From Eledone cirrhosa (lineage: Eukaryota), in the NCBI GenBank assembly GCA_964016885.1, contig OZ024741.1, forward strand, positions 69,998,001 through 70,062,000: 64,000 nt of DNA. Direction: 5' to 3'. A program made the translations under genes and the position numbers. Positions 13,070 to 27,638 of the stretch are shown one piece after another. The notes beneath the pieces are model-generated. The model ran no database searches. It had not been told where the DNA came from and was given only the letters and a program-made list of their open reading frames with translations. The first letter of the stretch is position 1, and each line of letters starts with the position of its first letter.

Positions 13070-15494
13070 CGGAGGTATCTTACTGACCTCTACCAACAAG
13101 TTCTTAAGGGAGATACACTTATACCAGAATGGTTGACATTAGCACAAACGTTACTGGTCCCCAAGAACAAAGACACCCACTTGGCAAAAAACTACCGACC
13201 CATTGCATGCCAGAACCTGATGTATAAGATGTATACAACCTGCCTGAACCTATTCCTCCAAGATCACTGTGAAAATAATAACATCATCACAGATGAACAA
13301 GCAGCTGGAAAGAAAAGGGTTTGGGGATGTCGGAGGTGCGACAACTTAGGAGGAATATGACTACAGTCTGGCTGGACTACAAAAAAGCTTTTGATTCTGT
13401 TCCCCACTCTTGGATGATAGAGGCCCTCCAACTTGCTAAAGTCCCAGACATTATTGTCAGAGCCATAGAGAGGCTGTCTTCTTCTTGGACTACTATCCTA
13501 AGGTTAAAGACAGAGAGGGAGGACTCTATTTTCACTGATAAAATAAAATATTGCAGGGGTATATTTCAGGGGGACAGTCTCTCTGTGATATTGTTCATCT
13601 TGTCATTAAACCCCTTGTCCTTTCTGCTCAAGAAATGTGAGGGATACATCATTGGCTCACAGGAGGACAGAAATACGAACCTAACCCATAACTTCTTTGT
13701 GGACGGTCTGAAACTCTATGCCAAGAACATGGATGGAATGAAGAAAAATCTTGACCTGGTTACAACGTTCTCAAAGGATATAGGAATGGAGTTTGGCCAA
13801 GATAAATGCTCATACATGACTGTAAAGCGGGGAAAAACAACAACCCAATCTAGCAACATTGTCATCAATGGTCTAACTGTTTCACCAATATCTGATGAGG
13901 ACTGCGACAGATACCTGGGGATAGATGAGAACATATCCTATAATGGTATCTGTAATAAAGAACGCGTAACCAGGGAATACTACACCTGATTAAGAACGAT
14001 CTGGTCATCGGAACTCTCTGCGAAAACAAAATAGTGGCTCACAATGTGTTTGCTGTGCCTGTCCTAACACCAACGTTTGGAATACTCAATTGGACGATAG
14101 ACGAAATCCGAGCAGTTGATGTTGGAACTCGAAAAATACTGAACAACACCGGAAACTTCCACATCAACAGTGACATAGACCGCCTTTACTTGAAACGTAA
14201 GCAGGGAGGTAGAGGCCTAACATCAGTCCAGACAACATTTGAATGTCGCATCATATCTCTCCGACAACATCTACGAACCTCGAAGCGTAGGAACCCGTTT
14301 CTCGAGCAAGTCTATCTGCATGAAACAGATAAGATCATCAGAGTTGGGAAGGAACTCCTTGAGAGATATTCCCTGTGTGATAATCAAAAACTCACACCCA
14401 GGGATGCCGCTCAGCAGTATCGCAGTGAATCCATGGATGAAAAACTGCATGCCTATCAGCAAAAAATCATGCATGGATATGTTGTCAGGAAGCTCCAGAG
14501 TGAGAGTAATATAAATAAGGAAAGTAGTTTATCTTGGACCAACAACCGCTATATTGGCTCCCACTTTGAAGGATACGCTTTTGCAATCCAAGAACAGTAG
14601 ATTAGCACGAAATACCTGATTCACAAAAGAGATAGGGATGCAGGCACAACACCTAGATGTGATAACAAGTGCAGACTCTGCAGAACTAACATCGAGGATA
14701 TCACCCATGTCATCAGCAGCTGCCCAAAGATGTCATCGCGGTACTATCTACCTATGAGGCATGATGTAGTGGCCAAAACACTGTACAATGCAGTTCGTAA
14801 AAAAGATAGCCCCGATAATAAACACATTAAAAGCTACAACAATGTGGAAGACATCCATGTACATAATATGAAAGAGTACTAGTGGAATGTTCCAGTAAAA
14901 ACCCCAATAAATGCAGGCATAACAGATCAGATATTATGATATGGGACAGGGAGAAGAAAACATGCACAGTAGTGGAAATTAGCTGCCCAGCAGATGCCAA
15001 TATAATATCAAAGATTAGTGAAAAGGAGAATATTTATGCAGAACTGATGAGAAATCTGCAGATACTCCACCCTGATTACACCTTCAGATTTATGCCTGTG
15101 ATTATTGGAGCACTGGGATATGTTAGTAACTGCCTCAATACAAATCTTGAGAAGCTAGGCTTCACAGGAACAGAAAGAACACAACTAGTTAGGAAATTAC
15201 AAGTACAATCCATTAATGGAACAGTAAAAATATGTAAAACATTCCAAAAATTTTGCATCTAATAACTGCATATACACATGTACAGATACAAAGCATATAC
15301 ACATGCACACATACAACTCAAAACATACACATCCACACATACAATAACATCCATATCTACACATGCATGCATGCAGACATACATACATATCTACCTAGTT
15401 GATGTGTAAATTCCAATGAGAGAGTCTTGTGTCTGTTAGAAACCGACTCTCTCTCTATTGGTAAAACTTTGTGAAATTATAAAACCAGAAGAAC
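13070..15494 (+). mobile_element. 5'-truncated R4/Dong-like non-LTR retrotransposon (RT, CCHC zinc knuckle, restriction-like endonuclease), inactivated
   Basis: NYRPIAC, WLDYKKAFDSVPH, GIFQGDSLS, FFVDGLKLYA (YxDD mutated), YLGI, CRLC..H..SSC, RHD, SDIMIWD..VVEISCP..KENIY; stops and frameshifts; (TACA)n on both sides. Confidence 0.88.
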
Positions 15495-15575
15495 ATACAT
15501 ACATACATACATACATACATACATACATACATACATACATACATACATACATACATACATACATACATACATACA

Positions 15576-15606
<31 letters not shown>

Positions 15607-16333
15607 GTGTGTGTGTGTGTGTGAGTGTGTTAAGTATTTCCGAAGAAAAAGCAAAGGAAAAAAGTGTGCTCTATGTATAATACAGATCTATTTAATTAGA
15701 AAGTGAACAGCACAATATATAACTACTCCATTACGGACTTGAACTTTCCCTTCAGCAACATCTTTAAGGACAATCATTTTTCTCTCACGAGTCTTACAAG
15801 TCTACTGTAGAATATATATACACATACATGTCTACCTACTGTATTGTAAATGTACTTGAAGACGAAACACTGTGTAAGAATAACACACACACACACACAC
15901 ATATATATATATGGTTACAATGTGGTCTACCCTTCGTGGTAGGTCCGTACCGTAGATAGCGAGTAATCCAGTGAAATCCATAGAAAGGTTCCGTATTCCG
16001 CTGAGTTAATTTCGCTGAGTTAATTTCAGAAGAAGATGGTCAGAACGAACCTATATATGAAGTCTGATAGTATCCAGTTATATAACTGCTATAGATCAGT
16101 CAATATGTCAATATGATCAACCCTCCGAAACGATCGTAAAACAATGATATGAATAGGTAAAATAGCTTGACTCAATGCGGCCCGACTATCGGTCACTGTA
16201 TTTGATTTGTAAAGCTGTCTAAACGTAATGTTATAACTCTGGGGTAATATTCTCCGTTGAGTGCTTAACTGAACACCGAATCTGCATTCGTTAGCTTGGC
16301 TGCTGCCAAAAGCTTCGTCGATGCTGTACTAAA

Positions 16334-16396
<63 letters not shown>

Positions 16397-16594
16397 TTTA
16401 TCCCGGGTTCATTCTGGGGTAACCACAGTAAGTAAGGTACTCAATACTTACGGTAGTAGAGTGGGTAATAGGAGAAAGTATGACCCCGACGGCAGAGCTC
16501 AAGCCGTTTCGACGGCTATTTCTGAACTAAAAGACTTTTAGTCCAGAAATAGCCGTCGAAACGGCTTGAGCTCTGCCGTCGGTGTCATACTTTC

Positions 16595-16630
<36 letters not shown>

Positions 16631-16720
16631 GTTATTCCGGGTTGAATCGGAGGTAACCACAGTAAGTAAGGTACTCAATATGAGTACCTGTTCTAGTCCT
16701 GTAGAATCTCATCTATATTA

Positions 16721-16755
<35 letters not shown>

Positions 16756-17726
16756 GCGTGTGTGTGTGTAGTTGTGTTTCAAGTGGATGTTAAGAAAACT
16801 AGATTTAATTGAAAAGGTTAAAAATAGGTATTTGATATAAAATGGGGGCGGCAGCAAGTTAGCAATATATCAATCATCAACGTAATAAAAAGACATTTAA
16901 TATTCAAAATACTGGCGGCGGCGGCGGCGGCGGTGATGGTGGTCGTAGTAGTGATTGCGTTGTTTGTAGCGGTGTTGGTGATGGTAGCAGTAGTGTTGGT
17001 GTTGATAGTGGTGTCGGTGGTAGTTGTAGTAGTAATAGAAATAGTGGTGGCGATGGTGATGTTGATGTTAAGTTGTTGTTGTTGTTATCGTGGTAGTAGT
17101 AGTAGCTGTAGCAGCAGCAGCAGCAGTAGTAGTAATCGGAGGAGGAGGAGGAGGAGGGAGAGGAGGAGAAAGATGAGGAGGACAACTGAGATTTTCCGTG
17201 ACTTTTGGTAGACTTCCTCTACGAGTGACCCATGGATGTCTTTCCATATTAAGGGATTTTCTTTTGTTTTAATTTTACGTTTTGTTTTTGTTATCGTAAT
17301 TTTTTAACTTGAAAATCCGACACTGTGTCATCCTTAATGTTTTCTACATGTGAACCCTTTGTGACTAATATGGCCCTTATTACTGAACAGGCAAATCGGT
17401 GAATTGACAGTATCGTTAGAGCGTCGGACGACATGCTTTGCGGCATAGAGTTATAATTGTTTCTACTTTAGGCACAAGTCCAGCAAATACACAGTACATT
17501 ACTGGTACTTTATTTTATCGACCCCGTAAGGATGACAGGCAAAGTTAACCTCAGCGAGTTATAATGCTTTACGTTCTGCATCCCACCAGAGTAAACGTTG
17601 CCTTTCATCCTTTCATGGCCGATAAAATAAAGTACCAGTCAAATACTGGAGTCGACATAATCGAATTTTCCCCTCCACCCCAAATTAATGGCCTTGTGCC
17701 AAATGTAGAAATAATTATTACTTGAT

Positions 17727-18525
17727 AGGCAGTTTTTATCTGCCTGGTGGTCATGGCGAAAGTGATCCTGTGGCTGGTCACGTTTGAAAGTATTGAAGAC
17801 AAGTACTTTTTATTCGGCGAAACCCTGATTAAATTTTTCAGGTTTCATTTGAAGAGGAAAATGAGGGTGAAAGGGGAAGTGTTGCTTTCCAACCAGTTTG
17901 TTGCAAGGTGGGTGAAAGAGGCGAGCATGGCCCGAGTGAATGGGTCAGCTCTGAGTCAGCCTGTGATTGGAGGCGGGCAACTCGGATAGAGCACTTGCCC
18001 TAGGTATTAGGGAACCCGTAGTTTTATGTGGTGTTTTTCATGAGTAGCCCTCGAACGTCTCCTTCCTATTAAGAAATTCCCATTATTAAAATGTTATTGT
18101 TACCTTTCTTTTTACTATTGTTAATCCTGTTTATACACACTCTATATTTTTGTCCTGTGTAGTCCTATAGTTTTCTTAATGTAAACCCTTTGTGGGGAAT
18201 AAAGAAATCATTATTACATGTGTGAATGTTGCGAAAATGACCCGTGTGAGTGGGCCTATTCTGAGCATGCACCTATAGGCTGGCTGATTTGAAGAAAAGA
18301 GGGGTGCCCTCCTCGGGTGCTCTCGAGTGTTTCAGGATTGGCGGGATTCCTGAGTCACCCCTGGGTGGTTCTCCCCCTATTGGGGAATGTAATTTGTTAT
18401 AATTTTATTGTTATTTTGTTATTGTTATTTATATTGTTTACACATTGATAGATGTAAAACCTCCACTGGCCCTGTCCTTGTATTGTCCCCTACATGTTGG
18501 CCCTTGTGGCCAATAAATGAAACAC
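17727..18525 (+). mobile_element. Two tandem LINE 3'-end fragments (possibly L1/Tx1-like)
   Basis: Related segments (atggcccgagtgaatggg / atgacccgtgtgagtggg), each ending in AATAAA; short coding-like relic. Confidence 0.4.
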
Positions 18526-18532
18526 TTATTTG

Positions 18533-18551
18533 TAGCAGTAGCAGCAGCAGC

Positions 18552-18609
<58 letters not shown>

Positions 18610-18637
18610 CTAGTAGCAGCAGCAGCAACAGTAGCAA

Positions 18638-18700
<63 letters not shown>

Positions 18701-18709
18701 CAGCAGCAA

Positions 18710-18762
<53 letters not shown>
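18533..18762. repeat. (GTA/GCA)n microsatellite
   Basis: Direct inspection. Confidence 0.95.
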
Positions 18763-19141
18763 ATCAAATCAGAGAAAATAAAACGATAAGAAAATACGAA
18801 AGGATATTGAGACAAGGTCATAACCCAACTTGGCTGTTGTTATTGTATCTGCAGAGTGTTCTCTCTAACACACCGCCTTCCTGTCATCGGGGTAACATTA
18901 AACGATATTTGTGCCACTACCTACCCTACCCGCCTCTCCTTGTAGTCACCCACCCCTCCTTACAACTGTGTATAGGAACCTCTACTATATACTCCAATTC
19001 ATGTACATTTAGTACATTCATGTAGGTTTGGCACACTCGTGTAGATATATAGGTATGTGTGCATGTATAGGTATGTATGTATGTGTTCAAAATAGTGGGC
19101 GCACAGGACAGAACTATATATATATATATATATACTCACCC

Positions 19142-19192
<51 letters not shown>

Positions 19193-19251
19193 TATATATA
19201 TTTACATGCATACATACATATACATATATATATATATTTATATACATATAC

Positions 19252-19313
<62 letters not shown>

Positions 19314-19338
19314 GTAAATATATATATATACACACATG

Positions 19339-19370
<32 letters not shown>

Positions 19371-19399
19371 TGTATAAACATATATATATATACACACAC

Positions 19400-19490
<91 letters not shown>

Positions 19491-20014
19491 TGTGTTTGTT
19501 GGTGTGATATGCATACACACATAAAAACGGTGAGATAAATTAGATGTTGAATATTCCTTTAATCGGTCCGACACCGGGCGGCACAATTGAGAGAGAAAGA
19601 GAGGGGGGGCGAATCTACAACAACAACATCAACAACAACCTTAACAACTACATCAACAAGCAAGAAATCAACGTAAGAAGGAAATAATTATAAGAAGGTG
19701 ACAGAAGAAAGAGAGGGTTCGTAATTTTCACTGAAGTTCAATTAATAATGATTGGTTCTTTCTTTTGTTCATCTCACGTGGGAGTGTGGTTTATTTTGTC
19801 ATTGGATAATGTTACAGATTGTCAACAGCTTGGGAAAGACGGCGAGCTGGGTGGTTGGTTTGGTATATAACCAGCCGCCATTGCATGCGCACAAAATACT
19901 GGAATAACAACGACAACAAAACTTTGAATTATACATGCGCGTCTCGTTCATACTATCTTACACATGTACATACACACAAACATACTTTCATATATATATA
20001 TACACACATATATT

Positions 20015-20045
<31 letters not shown>

Positions 20046-23000
20046 ACACACACACACACACACACAATATATGCAAAAGGTAAACAGAAATAACAAAGCA
20101 AATAATACTGTATAATGAATATATATATATACTACATACATATGAACACACACACACACACATACATACGCATACACACATATATATATACACGTACATA
20201 CATACATACATGAATTCAGCCATGTGTGAGTGTGTGCGCGTTTACATATATATATCAAGAGTGTATAGTGTCGTGTTCACTCAGGCGTTTCAAAGGTGAA
20301 CCGGAAACATAATCGAAGATACCGCCGCCACCACCACCATCATCATCATCAGCAGCAGCAGCATAAAAAATAGTAACGCCGATAACAACACCTGTAACGA
20401 CGACGACAACAACACCAACTACAACAACACCTGTAACGACGACGACAACAACACCAGATACAACAACACCTGTAACGACGATGACAACGACAACACCAAC
20501 TACAACAACACCTGTAACGACGACGACAACAACACCAGTAACCACAATGACAACAACGATAAGCTTTTCTTTTGATAGTAAAGAATTTCATATCGATTCT
20601 AATGCAGAGTTTGTCTCTTCACAATGTTTTATGGATTATCTGAAAGAAAGGATTTCGTCTTGATAATTAGAAGCGAATTGGATCTTAACACCATCTCGAG
20701 TATCCGTCACCTATCACATCGAACCAGTGTTCATTAACATTTTGCATATATAAGGAAATAAATAAAATGTCTATCATAAAACATCTTTTTCCCATCTTTC
20801 TTTTCCCGTTCAATGGGTTTATACACCTCATTATTCGATTATTATGTAAGGGTGGTGGATTGGCAGTATCGGTAGAGTTGGACACCATGCTTTGCAGCAT
20901 ACAGTTACCGTCCTTTACGATTTGAGTTAAAATCCCGCCGAGGTTAACTTTGCCTTTCCACCTTACGGGGTCGGTAAATAAAGCATTAGTAACATATTAC
21001 TGGCCTACACAAGAAATCGTTATTAGATTATTATATTTAGTCAAATGTTACGATGAAGCCTTCTATTTCAATTTTCAAACTTCGCTCGCCGCTTTCGAAA
21101 CATACTTCGTAAAACATTCCATTTTTGTTCCAATCTTTGTGCAGCAGCTCTGACTTCAGATTTTAACGACATTAAGAAAAAGGTTTTTTAAACTTAATCC
21201 AGCAGTCAACCCATTGATACCCATTATAGTATTAACTGTTTGGTAAATAGCCCTGTATATCGCTACATTTTAGAACATTGTACAAATAGTTTAACCCTTT
21301 AGCATTTAAACCGGCCGTCTCCGGCCAGAATTCTCTCACTTCTTTCTGTTCAAACAGACTGTAACTGACTGCCTATACTTATGTTAAAATAAATAACATC
21401 AAAATCTCATAGATTCAATATTATGTGAGATAATTATGTAGGATAAAGCCTTTACTACAAACATACTGTAGTATATATAGATTCATGTAAATGCTAGATA
21501 GTTAAATCAGTGGTTTTCAAACTTTTCTTTTACTATATGAACTTCAAATATTACCGATTGACTTCAGTGTTTAAACTGCAGTGTTTAAACTTGATATTTC
21601 CCCATATGAACCAAAAATATGACTAAGTGATTCACAAAGAACCCTTAAAGATGATAATAAACGAAACTTAAGGCCAAGTGACTCATAAAGAACCTTTAAA
21701 CTTGGTATTTCACAATATGAATGAAAAATATTACTAAGGACAGAACAAAGGAGAGATACAAAATAATAAATTAATCACTGAGGAGGTCACAGAATGTGTG
21801 ACCAAAAGCTTTGACAATAAACAAATAAACAATCATCCGGTTATTAAACTAACCAACTGGAAGTTTATAATAAATTGAAGTGAAAATCACAGGTGAGTGT
21901 GTTTTTATTGGCAGCATGACCCTCCCAAAGTATAACAATATGACTAAATAACTCATAAAGAAAACTTAAATTTTGTATTTCACTATAAATATGAAAAAGA
22001 TGACTTAGTAACTTGTAAAGAACCTTTAAAGTGGGTGAGTTGGAATAAGCGGAGAGGAGGGGCGGGGTGGTTATTTCTCTACTTTGTCTCCGTTGATTTT
22101 TTAGAAACCAGAATTAGTCGTTTAGTTTACATATTGAGACCTCAAACCGTCCTATTTATTTTATCACGTATGGGATTTCTAGTAATGGACTTTGTTTCTC
22201 ATGTATATCGTTTTTTAATGAATAAAGAAAATTAATTGTCTCAGGAATGCTACCAGTTAAAATGTAATTCCACCGGAGATAGATTAGCAAAATTTAATAA
22301 GCGGGGTGCGGGGTTGGAATAAGAGCGGGGTGTTGGAAAAAAATCTGAAAAATGAATAAGTGGGAGGAGTGGGGACAATTATTCGAGACCCGAGGGTGCG
22401 TTTTGTTACGTTTTCCTTTATAGACGAAAACTATACCATTTCATAAAAGATTAATATTAAACCAGAAGTTTAAAATACCGCGAAGAACGCCAGAAAAAGT
22501 TACTGAAAGCTCTGTAGGGATCTCCCCACACCCATTTTTTTTTTGCAAAACCCCAAAATATTTTAGTGAACCTTTTATTAGAAACCATTCCTTTAACTAA
22601 ACATGCGAAGGTTAGGTTTATAAGGAAATCAGAAATGAAAAGTGTTAATGTCCATATCGGCTACGTTGGTCATCATCATCCCCATAATCTTCTTTCTTAT
22701 CATCATCAACAAGTCCCACCAACACCACCACCACCACCACTATCATCACCACCACCACCACCACCATTAATTTCGGCGGGATTTGAAGTCAGAAGGTAGA
22801 GGGTCAGGACGTATGCCGTAAATGATATCACCTGACACTTTAATAATTCTGTCAATCCATCGCCATAGGCTAGTACTAACTTTACTGATCCTGAAAGGAT
22901 AAAATGCAAATTTGACCTCAGTGGCATTTGAACTCAGAACGCAGAGAATTGGAACAAATGCCACAATACCTTCTATCCGACGTTGTAATGGCTCTACCAA

Positions 23001-23084
23001 TTCGTCACATGGCTATGACAGATTTAATTCTGTCATTATCGTATTTTTTAATCACATACTATGCAAATGTGGTTAGAATGTCTC

Positions 23085-23330
23085 AGGAAATAATCGGTGG
23101 ACAGATTTTATGGGCAAAGCCTACTGGCCTCAGACCCAGAGGTAGACCCCGAGCAAGATGGTTGGATAACATCCATGAGGTTGGCTTGTCTCGCTTGGGG
23201 ATTCAGCCGGATCAGTTGGAGATGGTTGCTTCAGACAAGACCTGCTGGAAGGAGTGTTTGAGGACTCCCCCCCCCCCCCCCCCCCCACGAGCGTCTCAGG
23301 AATTTGAAGAAGAAGAAGAAGAAGAAGATT
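23085..23330 (+). mobile_element. RTE-like LINE 3' end with (GAA)n tail (relative at 31220-31510; another RTE fragment on - at 39105-39350)
   Basis: VVRM..ILWAKPTGLRPRGRPRARWLDNI; the 39.2 kb fragment gives RWAGHVAR..RPLGRP. Confidence 0.65.
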
Positions 23331-23433
23331 ACCAAGTTAATAAAATTATCAATTGTTTCATTATTAAGACGGTATTTGTAACATCATTTAACAAAAGGTT
23401 CTTATATCAAATTATGTCGAAAGATTGAAACTA

Positions 23434-23610
23434 CCGTATTTCTCGGCGCCGAAGACGCTTCGTCCTCGAGGACGCACCCTAATTTTGACAACCAAAAATT
23501 AAAAAAAAAGAATAATAATAATAAACAACTTTCGGCCTCCAGGACGCATAGTAGATTTTTTAGACTCATTTTGGGAAAAAAAGTAGCATCTTCGACGCCG
23601 GGAAATACGG
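23434..23610. mobile_element. pogo/Tigger-like MITE (second copy inverted at 61876-62047)
   Basis: TA|ccgtatttctcggcg...cgccgggaaatacgg|TA. Confidence 0.8.
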
Positions 23611-24383
23611 TATATCAGCCCGTTGATGTGGGCAAACCATTTAAAACAAATTCATTTGATTTGCGAATAACATAAAATATCTGCAACAAAACACAAATCA
23701 GACACGTAGAACCATGTTCTATTTTCAAAGAACACGCGTTTATTTATAACGAAATTTTAGCAACCAGCCAGTGAATCTACTGCTACTTATAAGACAATTA
23801 AATTAGATATCTCTATAGTATCTTAAGTATAGTACTTATGTGTAAAATCTAAAATACGCTATTTAATTCGGTGTCTAATGTCTTTGACTTCAAATATCGC
23901 TGAGGTTGGAATTTATTTCCATCATTTCAGTGTCTATAAAAACACATTTCTAGTAATATAATGCTTTTAGAATTCATCGACTGCATCAGACATTCACCTC
24001 CGTGCTTTTGGCGAAAGTACATACGTTTTCCTCCTTTTGCTGAAAGGACTCGTGACTGTAACTATACTCCTCTCCGTCCTTTTGACGACAGGACTTGTGC
24101 TTATAACCCACACGGGTCTACATCCTTTTGCCGAAAGTAACCGCAATCGTCCCCCTTCTTTTGACCAACACCAATCTCCACCGTTTTGCGAAAGTGGCAT
24201 ATACTTGAAACAAAACAAATCAGCTTATCTAATCCTCAGTTGATACATATCCTGTGCTGAACAGAAAGAATTACGATCCCGATGAGTTGAGCTCAAAAAC
24301 AGGTTGAATACTGGTTCATTTCATTCAATTTGATTTTGCCACAAGGAAAGGAATGAATACCATTGTATCCCAGTTCTCATCGC

Positions 24384-24498
<115 letters not shown>

Positions 24499-25222
24499 GG
24501 TGGGCTTCCGCACAGTTTCCATCTAACAAATTTCACTCACTGAGCTTGGGTCACTCCGAAGCTATAATAGAAGATATTTGCCGAAGATGATACAGAAGGG
24601 GACTGAACCCATGGTTGCGAAGTAAACTCCTTTCCCATACAGTCATTAGTCACTAGATTCACTAGAAATTATATCTGTTTGAAATGTTTTTGCTCTTGAC
24701 ATATTTCGTATAGTACGAATTCTACATTAAACCCTGGCATTGCAAAGTAGCAGAAACTGAAATATTTTTAAGGCAAGAAAAGCAATAAATAAATGAAAAA
24801 ATAATAATAAATAAATATATAAACATGTGAATAAAATAAAATATATTAAGATAATGTAAATAAAACGGCGTTGTTATGCAATTATCAACTTGGTGGGTTT
24901 TAAATTCTCAATGTTAATTTTATGTGGAAATAGTTAAGTATTTGAGTAAATATACTTGCAATGCAATCGGGTAATTTTATGATCTAAACGAAGGTTTAAA
25001 TACTTTCAGAGGAAGCATTAAATTTATGCAATCGAATGACCTGTTACAAATGACAACCAAATCTCCTTAAAATCTCCTTGAAATCTCACACATATCTCTT
25101 ATATATATATGCTTTTAATGAATTCCCTTTTCTATCAACCAATGACCTACACCCATCCCACTCCCCACCCTCTCCTACCACTTGTAGAGGCCTATAAATA
25201 CCATTTTTATTTTTTGATACCC

Positions 25223-25273
25223 AGATTCCTGATGATTTCTAAAGAATGAAACAGTTCTAGTCCTGTAGAATCT
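25223..25273 (+). ncRNA. Hammerhead ribozyme (degenerate relative at about 43832-43877; 3' fragment at about 16689-16716)
   Basis: agattc-CTGATGA-tttct(aa)agaat-GAAA-cag(ttctagtc)ct-GTA^-gaatct, followed within a few bases by (TA)n. Confidence 0.75.
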
Positions 25274-25275
25274 CA

Positions 25276-25325
<50 letters not shown>

Positions 25326-25328
25326 TAC

Positions 25329-25449
<121 letters not shown>

Positions 25450-25452
25450 TAC

Positions 25453-25512
<60 letters not shown>

Positions 25513-25566
25513 CGTTTCTGAATTTGTTTAGCAAGATTCTTTATCTGAAAACGTGCGTTGAAACCG

Positions 25567-25957
25567 ATATTGTTATACTTTAGGAGGGTCATGTTGCCAA
25601 TAAGAAACACACGCACCAGTTGTTTCACTCCAATTTATTATAAATTAAATTATAAATTTATAAATTTCCGTTGGTTGGTTGGTTCCACAATCGGACGGTT
25701 GTTCATATATTGTCAAAGTTCTTTCGTCACACATTCTGTGACCTCTACAGTGACTGGGGATTCTTTTCTTTGTTTTGTGTCTCTCCTTTGTTCTGTCCTA
25801 CGCCAAAACAAGATGGCGTAGGACAGAACAAAGGAGAGGTTGTGGAACCAACCAACCAACCGGAAATTTATAAATTTATAATTTAATTTATAATAAATTG
25901 GAGTGAAAGCAACTGGTGCGTGTGTTTCTTATTGGCAACATGACCCTCCCAAAGTAT

Positions 25958-25963
<6 letters not shown>
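25567..25963. mobile_element. Fold-back element with a degenerate HHR (relative at 21737-21940)
   Basis: Inverted arms with centre about 25809. Minus strand 25712-25754 reads gtca-CTGTAGA-ggtcaca..tgtgac-GAAA-gaactt-tgac; the 21.8 kb copy has CTGAGGA. Confidence 0.65.
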
Positions 25964-26044
<81 letters not shown>

Positions 26045-26643
26045 TTTAATACTGGTGGTTTAGTTCGGATGTAGCTGTCGAAATGGCAGGAGCTCAGCCA
26101 TCGGGGTCCTGAATCTTTTCATGTATAAATATATATATAGTTCAAGGAGACAACGAACAAAGGTACAAAAAGTCTTATTAGTTTCACGCTTTATATTGGA
26201 AAGAAGAAAGAAAGTTCGACGTGTCGGACTTAAGCCCGTCTTTGGGAGTACAAAATAGAGACAGGATCACAATGGAGGAACAGAAAAAGGGTCCAGTAAA
26301 GACAAAAAAAAAACACCTACCATTAAAATGAAACCTTGCGTGTGTTTAATATCTTTATATAAAAGGGCCTATATACGTCGATATTTTGGACGAAGTTCTT
26401 TAGAAGTTGAGAAAACCCAGGAAAAGATTGATAACGGTAGGTTTTGCGATTTCTTGTGGAACAGGCTGTAAGAGGTTTACACATTTTTTAATAAAATATA
26501 AAATATTATTTTGAAGAACAGCACTATTTAAATCTTCATAAGATGCAAGCCCATGATAATAACAGAAACAAATTTAAATATAAAATCCATGAAGTGAGAA
26601 AACAGCAATCATATCTCTGTAATATTTTGCGTAGGCTCAATGA

Positions 26644-26952
26644 TTCAAATATATTAAAGTATAACAAGTGATGTTTATACCTTTGTCAAGAGTATAAGGT
26701 AAACGAAACATAATTAGTTTCAAATATATTAAAGTATAACAAGTGATGTTTATACCTTTGTCAAGAGTATAAGGGAAACGAAACATAATTAGTTTCAAAT
26801 ATATTAAAGTATAACATGTGATGTTTATACCTTTGACAAGAGTATAAGAGAAACTAAACATAATTGGTTTCAAATATATTAAAGTATAACATGTGATGTT
26901 TATACCTTTGTCAAGAGTATAAGGGAAACGAAACATAATTAGTTTCAAATAT
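26644..26952. repeat. 75-bp minisatellite, about 4.1 copies
   Basis: ttcaaatata recurs at 26644, 26719, 26794, 26869 and 26944. Confidence 0.9.
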
Positions 26953-27593
26953 AAACTGAAACATGATTGCACTTTAAGCTCTCGTAATGTATGGCCCATG
27001 GCGCACCCCACCACAAACTCACCCATAACAACATGAAAACAGAAAAAAAGAACAAGGCAACATATGATACCCCTTAATAAAGTAACAGTTCAGTACGAGA
27101 GTCGATTTTTCTCTTTCTCACTTTCATTTTTTCTCTTTGACACTCTCTCTTATTCTTTCTCTCGAAGTGCACTCATAGAGAGGAATGGACGCCGCCATGT
27201 TTAATATGCCCAAGAAATGTCACGGGACCCTACTTATGACTCCATCAAGAGTTCAAAATACAAGAATAGACGCCATTTTAGGCATAACATCTACTAATTC
27301 ACCCTACAAGCTTTCTCGAAGTTAGGTCTCGTCGGTGGAAAATATTGTTATGCCGAAATGTGAGGAAGACATTGCAAATGAAAGCTATCAACTATCTCAG
27401 ATCTAATTAGAATATATGACACCCACACAGAACAAAAAGCCTAGAATAAAATAGCACTATACAAAACAATACACAAAGAAACACACACACACACATATAT
27501 GTGTGTGTGTGTGTGTGTGTGCATGCGCGCGTTTGTGTGTAATACATACATATATATATACACACACACATATATATATGTACATAATATGTG

Positions 27594-27638
<45 letters not shown>

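Noticed and set aside
26210-26250. HHR-like motif on the minus strand
   Set aside because: Both core segments are mutated; too degenerate to call.
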